Part shown: positions 11,902-25,593 of the stretch, one piece after another
Layout of the letters: each line of letters begins with the position of its first letter
How positions within the stretch are numbered: the first letter of the stretch is position 1
From: Octopus sinensis
Taxonomy: Eukaryota
Assembly (NCBI RefSeq): GCF_006345805.1
Contig: NC_043002.1
Location: 14,942,001-15,006,000 of the forward strand
Length of the DNA stretch: 64,000 bases
Reading direction: 5' to 3'
The notes under the pieces: generated by a model
What the model was told of the DNA's origin: nothing
The model's input: only the letters and a program-made list of their open reading frames with translations
The model's database searches: none
Made by a program: the position numbers and the translations under genes

Positions 11902-14099
11902 CATATGTGTGCGTATGTGACTCTGTACATGTATGTTGTATGTGTATGTACGTTTATGTGTAGGTATATGTAATGACGATAGCGTGAAGTAACAAAATTA
12001 AGAACTGTATTAGCTAAACATTTGTGTCCTTTTTGTTCTCTCTGTTTGATAACTTGTTCATTTTATAAAACAAAATGTCACTAAGTTCTATATAATTATT
12101 TTGTCTTCTTGCATATATTTGGCAGGTATTACAGATAAAAATTCTCCTTACTCGACTTGAGATTTAGTAACACATATTGTTTCACATTTCACGTTTGCTT
12201 ACATCTAATGATTGATAATTACGTTTGGTCGAAATACCTTCATATAAAAGTACTTTACAGAAAATGTTCTCACTATTGCTTGTAATTATATCATTCCTAA
12301 ATAACTCAGAGGTATGCCAGAATTAATAAAATAATAGCAACATCAAAAAATATAATTCATGTAACACTGTATATCATGGACAGATAATAAAGCAATGTTT
12401 TAGGTACACCAGAGAGAACAGGATACATTAATAAAGTAACATCTCAGAAGCATTCGATTTCTGCAGAGCTTTAAATCTACACCTAACGGAACATGATCTG
12501 AATGTTTTTGAACTACGTTCAATTTATGAACACTAAATAACGCTCATTTAAGTTTTGCTAAGTGTTATATAAAATATAGTGAAATACATTCATAAAATCA
12601 CTTTTGAAATGTTACATGTACTGCTATGAATTATATTGTTATCTGAATTTGTCAATGATTAATGATATTAAGTGTCTGGCGTAAGAAGTGTTCCGAAGTG
12701 TGTGTCGTAATTACCAGGTAGAGAAATATTTCAAGTAAATCGTAAATAATTTTAGAATGATTAATGTTGTGGAATAACAGTTACAACATTATATGTTTAG
12801 TTGATAATCTGTGAAATCATAGGAAAATGAGTTCAAATAATTATACAATTAATATTCTATTAAATTACTGTTGCTAATTATATGAAACATATATAAAGCT
12901 TCCGTTGCCTTCTTTTATCATTCTATTCATAAATGATTTATCCTTTCTTTACTTATTTTAATTTATAATGCCTGCATTTGATTGAGTGTATTGGTGTTTC
13001 ACACTCTCATGCTTGGCTGAATTGTATGGAAGTTAGGTGTAAAACGACTCATTTGTATTCTTATGTTGATTATCAGACGTCCAAGAAGTGGCAAAGGAAA
13101 ATATCGCTTAAGCGGAATTAGGTGTTAATGCTAAGAATGTGATATATGAGAATACTGAATGACCCGTATAGATCACATTTAGACCTGAACAATAAATTAC
13201 TATTACTGGAAGCGCATGAGAGAAAAACTCCTCTGATTTCATTCAAAGTTAGAGAAGACATATATAATTTGGAGAATAAGTGACTGAATATTGGAAAGTG
13301 CTTTTCTTCCCTAGACTTGTAAGTGTGATAATTGAAGTCACGCCAAAGAAGGAAACGTATGCTGTATACGTATTTTGACAGTGAGCAAATCACAGAGAAC
13401 AATCGGCTTATTGACAAGTCAATACTGTTTATATTAACCTAAGTGTTTATATGTAGGTGCTATGTTCTTTACATGGGAACAGAAATCGACACTAATAACA
13501 CTGTCTATATTGTCAACGTTTCCTACTGCATTGAAACACAGACCATACAAGTAATATGTTGGTGTACATAACACATTGCATTATTGTGTGTGATAATCTA
13601 CAATATTCAGTCATAAGCGAAAATGAGTATTAGTGTAAATCATAATTTACATTTCTGAATGTTTCACTAACTGTTTTACTTCAGACATATATCTGTGATA
13701 TTTAGAAAATAAGTTACGTGGACTTTACTTAGCTGCCATGCGTTTTAGGGTTCAGTATTTTTCGGCGGCAGCTTGTGCAAGCTCTGTTGAAGCCCGTCGT
13801 AAAAGGACACACGCACACACATAGATATACGTACATCTATATGCGAGTGAGCATGCATATAAATGTATTGAACAAGAGTTTTCCAACAGCAAAAAGAAAG
13901 GCATAGACAAGCTAGGGAACAACAGTGAGGTTATATTAGGTTGAGACTCAGGATAAACGGAAACAAATATCTTTGACATATCAAGCCTACCCTATTTTAC
14001 AGGAAGGATTTTGGAGAGATAACAGATGGAATGAGTAAAAAATTATACGAGTACGCACACACACACACATATGACAAAGTAAAATCGGGAGGTACCGCG

Positions 14100-15640
14100 C
14101 GAGTGAATATAAATAGAGAAGATGATTTGAAAATGCAGAGTTCTTGTAAAGACGTTTATTGACTTGACCGGTTTCTCTTGCTTATCAAAAAGATTTTCAA
14201 AAGTAAAGTGTAGCCTTTGTGATGTTAAAAATTAGTTTACAGAGATGTATAAAAATACAGTGATCGCTTGTTTGAGAATGATAAGAAAATTTTAAGAAAT
14301 CGAATATTTGACATTGATAAGAAAAGTTTATAATTGGTTATACGCATACATATAAGTGTAATTGTTTATTAGCATTTATACAGAACGAATTTGTAGAAGT
14401 ATTTGATAGGAGAACATTTGTTATTTTTAGAAATAACGTGGGAGGTTTTTTGGGAGCAATCTCATGCTTAGATTTCGAATAGCGTCTGGAATCAAAGGGA
14501 TATTTTTGTTTCTGGGCTAGACTGTAAACCTATCTCTGAGGGTAAGACCATTTTGCCCTATATAGATTTTGTGGAACCCTTCACACCTAATTACATTACG
14601 TAAATTTTTTGATGAACAGGTGAAGTTATTTTTTGATGGCGGCTATTGGGCTGGCGTTAGGTAATTTTGCATTGATATTTTCTTAAAGAATTTGGGTGGT
14701 CTCTTGCTTTTTATTATTTTACAGGTTTCGGATGATTTTTTTAAACGTGGGTTTTGACTCTGTTAGAGATGTTAGAGTCTTTTATTTCGTCGTACATAAT
14801 TTGAGAGAATTGTTCAGATTCTATTCGCTAGATTGAAAGTGATCTTTGTCTTCATGTCTTTTGGGTGATTGGAGGTAAACAATAGGCATTGTTTGGAATC
14901 AGTCGTTTTGTAGTCGATATCAGTTTCAATGCTGGTACCTTTTTTGATAATTAAGATGCCTAGAAATGGGAGTTGGTCTTGACTATATTCCATTGCAAAG
15001 TGGATATGGTTGTTGACGCTGTTGATTAAATTTTTGAATTCATTGAGTTGGTCGAATGTGTGAGACCATGGAATGAGTAAAAAAATAACACACAGTCATC
15101 GAAGTAGTGTTGTCAATTCTCCAACACAAATTTTGGGGAAAATAAACCGTATTTTAATTTGGATTATTCATGTATTTTTATGCCCTGGTAGGCCATCACC
15201 AGATTGGCATAATGTGGGGCAACTTTAGTGCAAAGTCGCAGTCCCTGATATCAGTTTTTAGGCGTTATTATTAGCATTTAAAAAGTTGCTTTGTAGGATA
15301 AATTTAGGGCACTCGATGACAAATTATTTTTTACTATTTCTGGGACTCCATTGGGGTATTTTTAACCAGCATTTAATGGCTTCCAGTCCGTATTGAACCA
15401 AAAGATATGCAAGATGTGCATAGCTGAATAATCACGGATACTTTTCAGATCTAACAACCCCACCGGACTGTTGAAATCCAACTATGGAATATAATCAGAT
15501 GCAAACAAATGGATAAGCTCCCGTTGCCGAACTGGAAAATGCAACGCTCGCCTGATTCATCAACTGCACCGTAGACTCTAGGCCCCCATCCAGCAGTCGT
15601 TTTATGGTCTTATGGTCAAATAGGATATAATTACACTTTT
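14100..15640 (-). mobile_element. Penelope-like element, degenerate RT plus possible GIY-YIG remnant
   Basis: Minus-strand peptides (with frameshifts) CTKVAPHYANLVMAY, YFDDC, INSVNNHIHFAMEYSQDQLPFLGILI..IETDIDYKTTDSKQCLLFTSNHP; RETGQ..KRL near 14160. Confidence 0.8.
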
Positions 15641-18119
15641 TCATGCTTTCTCTTATTTTAATGTTTCCTTTTCCTTTCCTAGGCTGCAAATTTGACTCTG
15701 GTTTTCCTAATTAATTATCCGACCATCTTATGAGTTTTTTTGCAGCTTGTCACCTTATTATCTATGATAATAATAAGAATAATATTAAGACAAATGTCAT
15801 TAATAATAAAAATAAAGGTGATTCTTATACTAATGACAAACATGTATGTATAAATGCACGCGCACATACACACATATATATGTATTTATATATGTATATA
15901 CGCATCTATCTAGTTATCCAACAATCTATATTATATGCGTGCACACGTGTGTGTATGTGTGTGTGTGTGTGTTTGTGAGTGTCAGTATTTCAGCATAGAT
16001 ATGAGGAATAATATAGGATTTCATTTTTATTTTCTTTTTTCAGTAATTTCATAATATTCCACATTCATTGTCAGCTGCAATTTTGCAGCGGAAACGAAGC
16101 AAAAAGAAAAATGTAAGTAAAAGAGATGCTTTAATGGCCACCACCCTTCATCATGTCTTTGGAATAGCTGTCATGATTATAAGGATTATTGTTTTCTTTT
16201 TCAGTATTTTCTTATATTTTATGATACTGTAGATTCTGAAGCATTTTTAATAATTCCCGTTTCAGAAATAAAATTTTGAATTTTTCATAATGATATTTTT
16301 CAAATTCTTGAATCTCTTCATCCTATTAAAACAGTAAATTTAAATGAATTCTTTAACATTCTCATTGTCGTTAATGTGATAACAAACAAAATGCAAAACA
16401 AAACAAAAGAAACAAACCCAAAAAGACGTTTTTTGATAAAATTAAGGATAATATTTGATTTCAGTTTTCTGAGATGTAGAAAAGAATATTTTAACTGGAA
16501 TAAAATATACTAGGACAAATACACCCTCTTCTATCACTTTCTAACATAGCGAAATTTATTTACAGGTTGTCTTCTCGGGAATGATACATTACTATTTCTA
16601 GTTGTTTTGTCCTTTACGCTTATTAATTGATTATATGTTTCAACTGAGTTGTCTAGATAATTTGGTACCCTAAGGATTGCTTAGTTGATGATAGCTAGTG
16701 TCACGCTTAATGCAACATATCCACATTTTTGTCATGTCTAGGAATTGAAATAAAGGAAGGCCTGAAAAAGGATTTTTGTAGGGATTATAAAGCTTTATAT
16801 TTGCTTTATTCTGTACATTGTCTTTGGAAATAGTATTCTACGTGGCGAGGGTTAACTACCGTCTTGTCTTTGAGTCAAGTTTGCTATGAACTAACATATA
16901 TATTCTCATATTGGAGTGAAGAAATATGTGTAAAATTCTTGTAATATTGTTCAACTGTTATATTCAGCAGCTCATGCGACAGGGATTTGCAGATTTAATT
17001 CAATCTCTTTTCGTATCTTGTTATTTTGTTTTACAAAATGGAAAACTAGGTTGGGAAAAAAAAAAAAACAGGAATATATATGAAAAATGATAAACGCGAA
17101 AAAAAGCATTTGTTGTGAGTGTATGTGAGATGTTAAAAATGGAAATTTTGCAGCAAGTTAGTTTCAAGAATAGCAATTTTATGACAACCATCACTACTGA
17201 AATGTGCCTTGAAGGCATGATCAAGTGGAGAAACCTTTGGAAATTTGAAAAAAAAAGAACATGATTTTATTTACTTAGTTTTCTTTTATGTAAATTACTT
17301 GTGGTTCAGAATTTGCGATAAAAGACAATGAAGAAAAATACAGAAAGAATATAATTTTACTCGTGACTCCAATTCAGAAATTCCGCTTGTATGGCGCTGG
17401 TGAAAATATAACTTTGAGGAAAAAAAAATTGTTGATATAAATTGAGCCAAAATGCCTGTGGAGAAGGACAAATATGATTTACATATTGAAAAAAATGAGA
17501 AAAGAAATGGAAGTGAGAAAATCTGTCGTTTTTGAGAGTAGAAAGATTAGAAAGAGTAGAAAGGGAACAGAAATAGGGGATACAAAGTGCTGGGTGGTAG
17601 TCATGTTTGGGATCTGAAAAACAATCAACAGTGAAACAGGCGTGAAATATGGAAGTGGGTTGCAAGGCATGATTCACAGCTGTATACAAAAGCGGAAGAG
17701 TAAAAAAAAATGCTTTGTGAATGCGTTGTATGTGTACGCGTGCGCGTGTGTATGCAAGTTTGTATGCAGGCGTTTATACAAATGTATGCGTTTCCAAGCT
17801 CGTATATATATATGTGTGTGAATGTGTGTGCAAACAGATTTGGAGCAAAAGTCTGTGTGAGTGGGCGTGAGTGGTTCTGAGTGCAGACGTGTAGTCATGT
17901 GTGCATATTCTTCTATAACTTAAAAAACATGCATGTATTTGTGAGTGTGAGAATGGGTGTGCGTTCATGAAATAAGTACAATGTGAGTTAAGTGTGTCCC
18001 CAGGTGGGTGCAGAGCATGAGCTTATCTGTGTGAACGAGGATACGATGGGCTAATGGAGATATGTGAAGATAGCGTTATGTACAAGGGTGTGCTTTGGGT
18101 AAAAGTAAATGCAGGAGGA

Positions 18120-18531
18120 TCAGTTACTCTTTTACTTGTTTCAGTCATTTGACTGCGGCCATGCTGGAGCACCGCCTTTAATCGAGCAACTCGACCCCGG
18201 GACTTATTCTTTTGTAAGCCCAGTACTTATTCTATCGGTCTCTTTTGCCGAACCGCTAAGTAACGGGGACATAAACACACCAGCATTGGTTGTCAAGCAA
18301 TGCTAGGGGGACAAACACAGACACACAAACACACACGTGCATATATATATATATATATACATATATACGACGGGCTTTTTTCAGTTTCCGTCTACCAAAT
18401 CCACTCACATGGCTTTGGTCGGCCCGAGGCTATAGTAGAAGACACTTGCCCAAGGTGCCACACAGTGGGACTGAACTCGGAACCATGTGGTTGGTAAACA
18501 AGCTACTTACCACACAGCCACCACTGCGCCT
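18120..18531 (-). mobile_element. SINE family B, full length
   Basis: Reverse complement of the 8176-8580 family. Confidence 0.9.
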
Positions 18532-19149
18532 ATAGCCACTCCTGCGTGTATATGTATGTGCTCACACCGGCGTAACAGCCTTCACTAATGTATTTATACG
18601 CGTGTGTGCCTCTGTGTGTGCGAGGAGGAAACGATATTAGGTTAACAGAGGTGTATGTATGTGTGGATATATGTGTGTGTGTATGTTGAGGAGTGTTATA
18701 AGAAAGTGTCTCTCTGTCTTTCAAGAACAGCGTGTCTGTGCATAGGCAAGCTGCTTTAGAGGGGCAGTTATATGTGGATAGTAGAAGTGGAATAACGGAA
18801 TGTGGGTGGGATTGCATTTGGACTTTCAGTTTAAAAGGGAAAGCAAGGAGAATATGTCTGTAATCCAGGAACAGATGACGGACACAGGAAATATTCACGG
18901 GAGGATTTACATAAACAGGCTTGATTTGCTGTTTAGACAGAGGAGTTAGGAACTGGACTATTTTCATAGACAGCAACGGTGGGTAGGACAAAACGAACAC
19001 ATTGTAGAGTGGTATGGAGTTGTGTGGATTGTGTGAGATGGCAAAACGCGCCGATGCACACGGCTGCATTGGTGAAATGATGCCTATCTTCCCTTTGCGC
19101 GCGTGAAAGGACAAATGCAATATAGATAAATATATATTTCTTTATTGCC

Positions 19150-19355
19150 CACAAGGGGCTAAACATAGAGGGGGCAAACAAGGACAGAAAAAGGGATTAA
19201 GTCGATTACACCGACCCCAGTGGTACTTTATTTATCGACCCCGAAAGGATGAAAGGCAAAGTAGACCTCGGCGGAATTTGAACTCAGAACGTAACGGCAG
19301 ATGAAATACGACTACGCATTTCGTCCGGCGTGCTAACGTTTCTGCCAGCTCGCCG
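19150..19355 (-). mobile_element. SINE family A
   Basis: TCGACCCCGAAAGGATGAAAGGCAAAG..GGAATTTGAACTC..GCCAGCTCGCCG. Confidence 0.85.
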
Positions 19356-19907
19356 ACTTATAGATAAATATAGATGTGCAAGTGTGTGTGAGTGTGTGTG
19401 TGTGTGTGCGTGTGTGTGTGCGCACACACAAGAAGAATAGAGCTTGCAACTCACTCCATTTTGCTAATTTCAGTTTTAAATATTTAACGTTTGTCAGTTG
19501 CCTTTTGAGATTTTTGGATTGTAACATGAAAGAGTTTCTTCTCACATTTCACTTTTGAATTCAAATGCCCTTTCCCCTTCTCACTGTCCCTGTCCTTCTA
19601 TCTCTCTCTTTCTCTCTGTCCCTGTCCCCCTCTCTCTCTTTCTCTCTGTCGCTGTCACTTTATCTCTCTCTTACTCTCTTCATGAATATGTATGTGTGAG
19701 TCTGTGTGTGAATGTATATATAAATATATATATCAATCAATTTATATATATATATATATATATATATCATATAGTGGTACGACAATCCATCAATAGAAGT
19801 CGATAATATACAACACTATAGTACATAATGCCATAATGTACTGCGCTATTTAATAATATTTTCTTCATATATATATAAATATATATATTATATATATATA
19901 TAAATAT

Positions 19908-20353
19908 ATTTATATATAGAGGGCATTATACATCCATGCCAGATGGCATTATACATACATGCCACACGCTAAGAGGGACATTTAGTCATTTCTACCAAAA
20001 ATATTACTAATCCCACCGAATGCAATTTTTCAAAGTAAGACATTTAAAAAATATAGACCTGTATCACAGTGATTTCATACTTACGTATTCATCAGCAGGC
20101 CTGGATGTATCATACATAAACGACCCTGCCTCGCTTAAGCCGATCAGCTAACTGATGAACATCAACGAAGCACATGGGTGAGTTTACATATATTACATCC
20201 TGTAAATGTCGGACTTTTACGAATTGCATTTCGGGAAAGGAAAAGTTTTTTCGGAATAAAAATTTAGCAATTAAGGACAACTACTTAATAAGGAAAGCTT
20301 AACAAGAAATTGTCAGGTAGATAGCGTGAAAACCTCATAAGAGAAAAAATTTC
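19908..20353 (-). repeat. ~463-bp hammerhead-bearing tandem unit (retrozyme-like), left arm
   Basis: Homologous to 54566-55373, spans a monomer junction, starts inside (TA)n; ~98% identical in inverted orientation to 25658-26072. Confidence 0.85.
20056..20101 (-). ncRNA. Type I hammerhead ribozyme, intact core
   Basis: Reverse complement reads GGCCUG CUGAUGA AUAC-GUAA-GUAU GAA AUCA-CUG-UGAU A CAGGUC; all three stems pair. Confidence 0.9.
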
Positions 20354-20530
20354 ATCTGCGTTTTGAGAAATTTGCTGCCTTTTGTTAAGAGAGTTCGAAT
20401 TTTTGATTATCGGTGATTGTGTTAATTGTTATTTGAACAGTGCCCGTTGTGTAACGGTAATTTTCGCCCTACGGGGCAGAAAATTATGTATTTAAAATTG
20501 TTATTACCTTCGAGGTAATTTTTTTGAGAA

Positions 20531-21950
20531 ATGGATTTCGACTTGGCGTCGAAGAATGATTTTCCCGCGATGGGAACAAGTGAATTAAAGGACACGGAAG
20601 TAACAAAACAGTCTTTTTCGGCCGCGGTAGGCGGAACCATGATGGACGTTGAATTCAAGATCGAACAACTATTCGAATTTAGGAACTTGGTGAAAATGGA
20701 AGGAAACGAGATCAAACTTGTACCGCCGCAAGCGAAGGTACAAGAAATAAAGGAAAAAACAGTGATATACAAAGTGATAGCTACAAAGAAAAGAAAATTA
20801 TGGACGTCAGAAAGGAAATTGTCGAAAAGTGCTTGTCCCCGGTGTGGGACAAAATTCGCCATGTCGTTCGAGGTGCTCGCAGCGCTACTGTTGAAGCACA
20901 TTTTGACTCGGCTGAGGTAGCAAGAGAGGTGTCATCGTTGACCCTGAAAAATGATGATATCATGCTGCTACCCTCGTATATGGGAAAAAGAACAGCTAAA
21001 TGCTGCTGGTAGAGGACATACCGAGAGGGTATGATATATGTGGGTAGCAGCGGCGGTCCTGCACAATGTAGAGCGGGAGATTTCGATTCTGCAGATGAGA
21101 AAGAAAGAGGAGGTACGCTGGAAGGGACAGACGCTGGAACTCCTCGTTCAGGCGGAGAACAAGATATTGGAGAACCTGCCCGATAGGATATTTAACGAAG
21201 ATGGAACGTCCATGAGAGTGTCAGTGGAGGGGCGCAGACCTAGATGTTTTAAATGTGGAGAGAAGGGTCACGTCCGCTCGAACTGCTTAAAAAAAAAGAA
21301 AACCATTGAAGCCCCTCCTCAAAGTGCTTCTAACACTGAAGGGGAGAAGGCGGAAAAAGAAAACAAGACGACGAAAGAAAAGAAACAGAAACGGATTGTA
21401 CCGAACAAATGGATTTTACACAGGTGACACACAAAGAAAAAAAAAAAGACAACACCCTGGACTCCCCTCCCCAAACAAAAGGAAAAAATCAGCAAGCACC
21501 GCAGACACACAATAAAGCAAATTCCCCAGCCCTACCACCATGGCACTGTATTCATTGGGAAACAGTTTGCCAAGCCCCTCCCCATAAAACAAGATGTGAA
21601 AAAGTCTCTTTAAAAAAAATGATAAGATCATTGCTTTCGATGAAAAAAACCAAAGGGTATATAAATACTATAAACTTTCAAAATTTAAACTATTTACAAG
21701 GCTTCTGAATAAAAGCAACCACTCGCTTCGCAAAAGTGGGGGAAGACGGGTGGAAGGAGGAAGTACTGCAGGAACATCTAAAGAACAGACTGATTAGAGA
21801 TGTAACAAAAGAAGTACTGGAGGGTAAACTTGTAATAACCCCGGCAACCACACCTACCCAGAGCCCGGTGGCAACGCCGGTTAAGAGCCCTGCAGCTACG
21901 GCCACAAGGGAGGAAGAGGGGGAGCGGGCAGATTTAAACTGTCATCCTCC
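20531..21950 (+). pseudogene. LINE ORF1 (gag-like), frameshifted; zinc knuckle CFKCGEKGHVRSNC at 21245-21286
   Basis: ATG at 20531; CX2CX4HX4C motif; lysine-rich tail; end coordinate approximate. Confidence 0.8.
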
Positions 21951-21992
21951 CTTTCTCAACCGTAAGTTCATTTATTTTTTCTCTCACCGACA

Positions 21993-24900
21993 ATGGCTAA
22001 GCTGGGTTGTGAATGTACGTGGAATGGGGTCGGAATGGAAACAAATTTGCTTCCTGGACGACCTCACGACACATGGAGTAGACATAGCTATTGCAACCGA
22101 GTCCAAGATGAACGGGGCCCAAGCGTTCTCGCCCCTTCTAAATGGGTTCGAGAAATTTATTTCTCCTAGCCGAGGAAGAGGCAGAGGCGTGGCAGTCCTT
22201 ATCAGGAAGAGCTTGGACTTGCAGGTAAGTACTGTCTTCTGGACCAGAAGGCAGGCTGGTTGTTCTGGATGTGACCCACGTAAGTAAACAGTCCTTCAGG
22301 TTGGTAGCTGTCTACGCTCCGAACGAGAGTAGACAGACGGGTTTTTTTCGGAACCTGGAGCCCTTTTTAGCGACGTCGAAAACGGTAATCCTAGTAGGGG
22401 ACTTTAACACTGTCCTTGAAGCGCGGGTCGACAGTGTTGGCTCAACCAATAGGAAGGGGAACCCTAGCCTCAAGGGTCTACTAGAGAGCTTTGATCTAGT
22501 GGACCGTTACCGACTGGATGAGCCGAGCGTTCCACAGTGGACGTGGAGTAACAACGACGGCTCACGCAGATCGTATTTAGATAGGATATTATTAAGAAAA
22601 GAGATAAGGATACGTTTAGTTGTCCACAATTTCACATTGTGCCTTACACGGATCACAAATTTGTGACGTGTAGGATGCAATTAGACAAGTGTCATAGACA
22701 GGGACCCGGGTACTGGAAGCTGAACAAGGCTATTTTGAATTGTGAAGACTTCCGTACCCGGATTAAGGTGTTAGTACAGAGGGCATTGTGTGGCACCATC
22801 ATTAACAATAGATGGTGGCACTCCCTCAAAAGAGCCATTCGTTCAGAGTCCATTAGATTTAGCAATCAGCTAAGGTTAGATAGGTCTAGGATAGAGGACG
22901 ATTTAGTTAAGAATCTAAACGAGGCAATGGAAGCTGGCTCTGCATCCGGAGTGATGGCGGCAAGGACGGTATTGTACCGTCACCTTAACTCCAAACACGA
23001 AGGTTGCAGAGTCAGAGCTAAGTTACGCGCTGGGAAACGAGAAGGTATTAACGTTGCCGGATGGGCCCGTCGAGTGGAGAGTCAGAGAGGTAACAAAGCC
23101 TCAATCAAATCTTTAACTGACGAACAGGGACAAAAGATCTATGGACAAGAGGAGATGCAAAAGTTTCTTCACCAGCATTTCGCCCGCGTGTTCGGGGGTG
23201 GTGTGGCGCCGGAGCGGGGGAGGACCTTAAAGGACTTCCTGGCCGGCGGATCGCGGCTCTCGGGGCGTGAGGTGGAGTGCTGTGAAGAAGCGATCACTCC
23301 CGCGGAGATAGAGGGGATGCTGGCCGGATGCGCCGGGGAGAAGTTGCCGGGGTTGGATGGTCTGCCCTACGAGTTTTACCAAAGTATGTCGGACTTGTTC
23401 GGGGGAATATTGGCAGGCGTCTACACGAACTGGCAGCAGAATGGGAGAATTCCCAGTTCTGTAAGCCGGGGAGTGGCGACGCTAATCCAGAAAGACCCGA
23501 GCAAGGCGGATAACATTAGTAACTACAGGCCCATAACTCTACTTAATGTAGAGTTAAAGATTTTGGCCAAGGTGTTGGCAAAAAGGTTGACGGTTGTCGT
23601 GGAGAAACTTGTAGGGAGAGCACAGACATGTGCAATTCCAGGCAGGTCGATCCAGGACAATCTTCACCTTATACGCTACACCTTAGATAGGGTGGGTAAA
23701 TTAACCGGCAAGGGCGGGGTAATGGTCCATTTAGACCAAAGTAAAGCGTTCGATAGGGTAGACCATGAGTACCTGGCGACGGTCCTCGAAGCGGCTGGAC
23801 TGGGCCCTGAATTTCGCGGGTGGATCTCCGCTATGTATAGCGGCATCAAGTCCACCGTCCAGATAAACGGTTACCTAACGGAACCGTTTTCGATCGAATG
23901 TTCAGTTCGTCAAGTGTGCCTCTTGTCACCACTTTTGTACGTGTTGGCTCTTGAGCCATTGCTGCGAAAGTTGGAGAGGCTGGGAAGCAACTCGGATGAG
24001 ATCGGAGGTGGGAGGACGGTTACTGCTTATGCGGATGACGTCACCCTCATCGTGTCCAATGAGGCCCAGCTACCTTGTGTGGAAGAGGCTATCAGAGGAT
24101 ACGAGGCGGTGGCAGGAGCAAAGGTTAACAAGGACAAGTCGGTTGGCTTGCGCCTCGGCACCTGGAGGATGGCCCTGTTAAGTTGCTAGGAGTCTGGTTT
24201 GGGCCAGACTCCCAAACGGAGAGGAACTGGAGTGAGGTGACGAGCAAGGTGGAGGCCATAGTACGGACCTGGTCCGGAAGGTTTCTGTCCTTGAAAGGAA
24301 GGGTGGAGGTGGTACAGATGTTCATTGCATCTGTAATCACTTACCGCCTGACCGTTGTCCCTTGCCCCGATTCATGGCTTAGCAAGTTGGAGCGAATCCT
24401 TTTCCGCTTTTTGTGGAAGGGAGGAAAGCCACTTGTGAGGCGCTCCGTTTGCTGCCAGGAACCGTTAAAGGGTGGGTTAGGAATGCCTTGGTTGATGATG
24501 CGCAGACATGCGTTGAGGCTGAAGCATCTCTGGCACCACCTGGAGGGTGATAAGGTGTGGAGTCCGCTGGCAGGGGAATTTTTCCCGAGACCGGCCTCCT
24601 TAGTGAATTTTAAACCCGGTCGCATCAAAAGATGGAAACTGACTTTATGGCAAAAGGAGTGCCGACAGGCACTCACGCTGATCCACAAGGCGGGCAAGGC
24701 CGGCTGCGGAAATACCACCTCGGTATTTTATAGAAGGCTGGTAGAGGCAAAGAACGACGACGTCCTAGGAGGGGCTCTGGGGTTTGACGAAGACCAGCTT
24801 ACCAACCTGTTTAAAAAGACTTTCAGGACGGGGTACTTGGATAATTTCCAAGATCCCTGGCCTGGCAGTGCTATAGGAATGCTTTACCTGTTCGCGAGAA

Positions 24901-25336
24901 GTTATCGCGGCACGGAATTTCAGTGCCACCGACGTGTCCAAGGTGCGAGTTGGACGATGAAACCGTCCAGCACGCTTTTGTACACTGTCGGAAGTTGTCC
25001 GACTTGATAAGTTACGCAGAACACGTGTTATCGCATCTGGGACGAGTACAGCTGTCGGCTGAGTCTATGATTAAGATGATACCGCCAACTGGACTCTCGA
25101 AGGAAGGTGAGGCATGTTTTCACTGCACGGTTGCAGTAGTAAAAGAATGCATGTGGCGAACAAGAATGGAAGGAGTCGCGATAGGTTCCTTTGTCCCGGG
25201 CCCCGGCTTGCTCACTTACTTCAGATATCATCTGAAGAGCGAAATGGGGCTGGAAAAGAGGATCTTACCACGGGGTGTGTATGAGAAAAGATGGAAGGAA
25301 GTGGAAAAAAAGGTGGGTGTCAGAAACCCAGCTTAA
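21993..25336 (+). pseudogene. LINE ORF2 (APE endonuclease and reverse transcriptase), several frameshifts
   Basis: NVRG, VYAPN, GDFN, SYLDRI, YTDH, GYWKLN, PGLDGLP.EFY, YRPITLLN, LDQSKAFDRVDH, AYADD, CPRCELDDETVQHAF. Confidence 0.95.
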
Positions 25337-25593
25337 CTATGGAGGGAGGAGAGGAAACAAAAGCTGCGGGGCCTTATAAATTGCCGGGGTTTAAAACTTC
25401 GGTAAGATCGAAAGGTTATGAAATGTTATAATATTCTATTGATCACGTAAAGGACAATTTATAGACGAATTTTTATAATGAATAATCCAAATGTTATGGA
25501 AAATTTTTAATCGAATCTCTTAACTGTTTTTTGCATGTATGTCCTGTATTTGTCCTTCTATGTAACGATTGTATAATCGTAATAAAGAAATAA

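Larger units (their letters stand above)
20354..25593 (+). mobile_element. Near-full-length Tx1/L1-clade non-LTR retrotransposon, frameshifted
   Basis: ORF1 with CCHC knuckle; ORF2 with APE endonuclease, RT and C-terminal Cys/His motif; 3' end AATAAAGAAATAA; 5' boundary set where the repeat unit stops. Confidence 0.93.

Noticed and set aside
13118-13438. 107-codon minus-strand open frame starting at an AG
   Set aside because: Weak acceptor, no recognisable domain, no partner exon; cannot be supported as CDS.
16044-16112. 69-bp plus-strand segment with good acceptor and GTAAGT donor
   Set aside because: The next acceptor gives a stop after 9 codons; no recognisable product.
16600-17700. Possible very old LINE remnant on the plus strand
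   Set aside because: No diagnostic motif could be read with confidence.
20148-20185. Plus-strand CTGATGA at ~20152 in the left arm
   Set aside because: The right-arm copy has CTGATCA here; no stem II or GAAA partner.
19908-20353. Possible snRNA or SL-RNA gene in the 463-bp unit (Sm-like ATATTTTTGG; ATACTTAC resembling the U1 start)
   Set aside because: No further similarity to U1, U2, U4, U5, U6, U11 or U12 as I recall them; the ATACTTAC is the antisense of HHR stem II.
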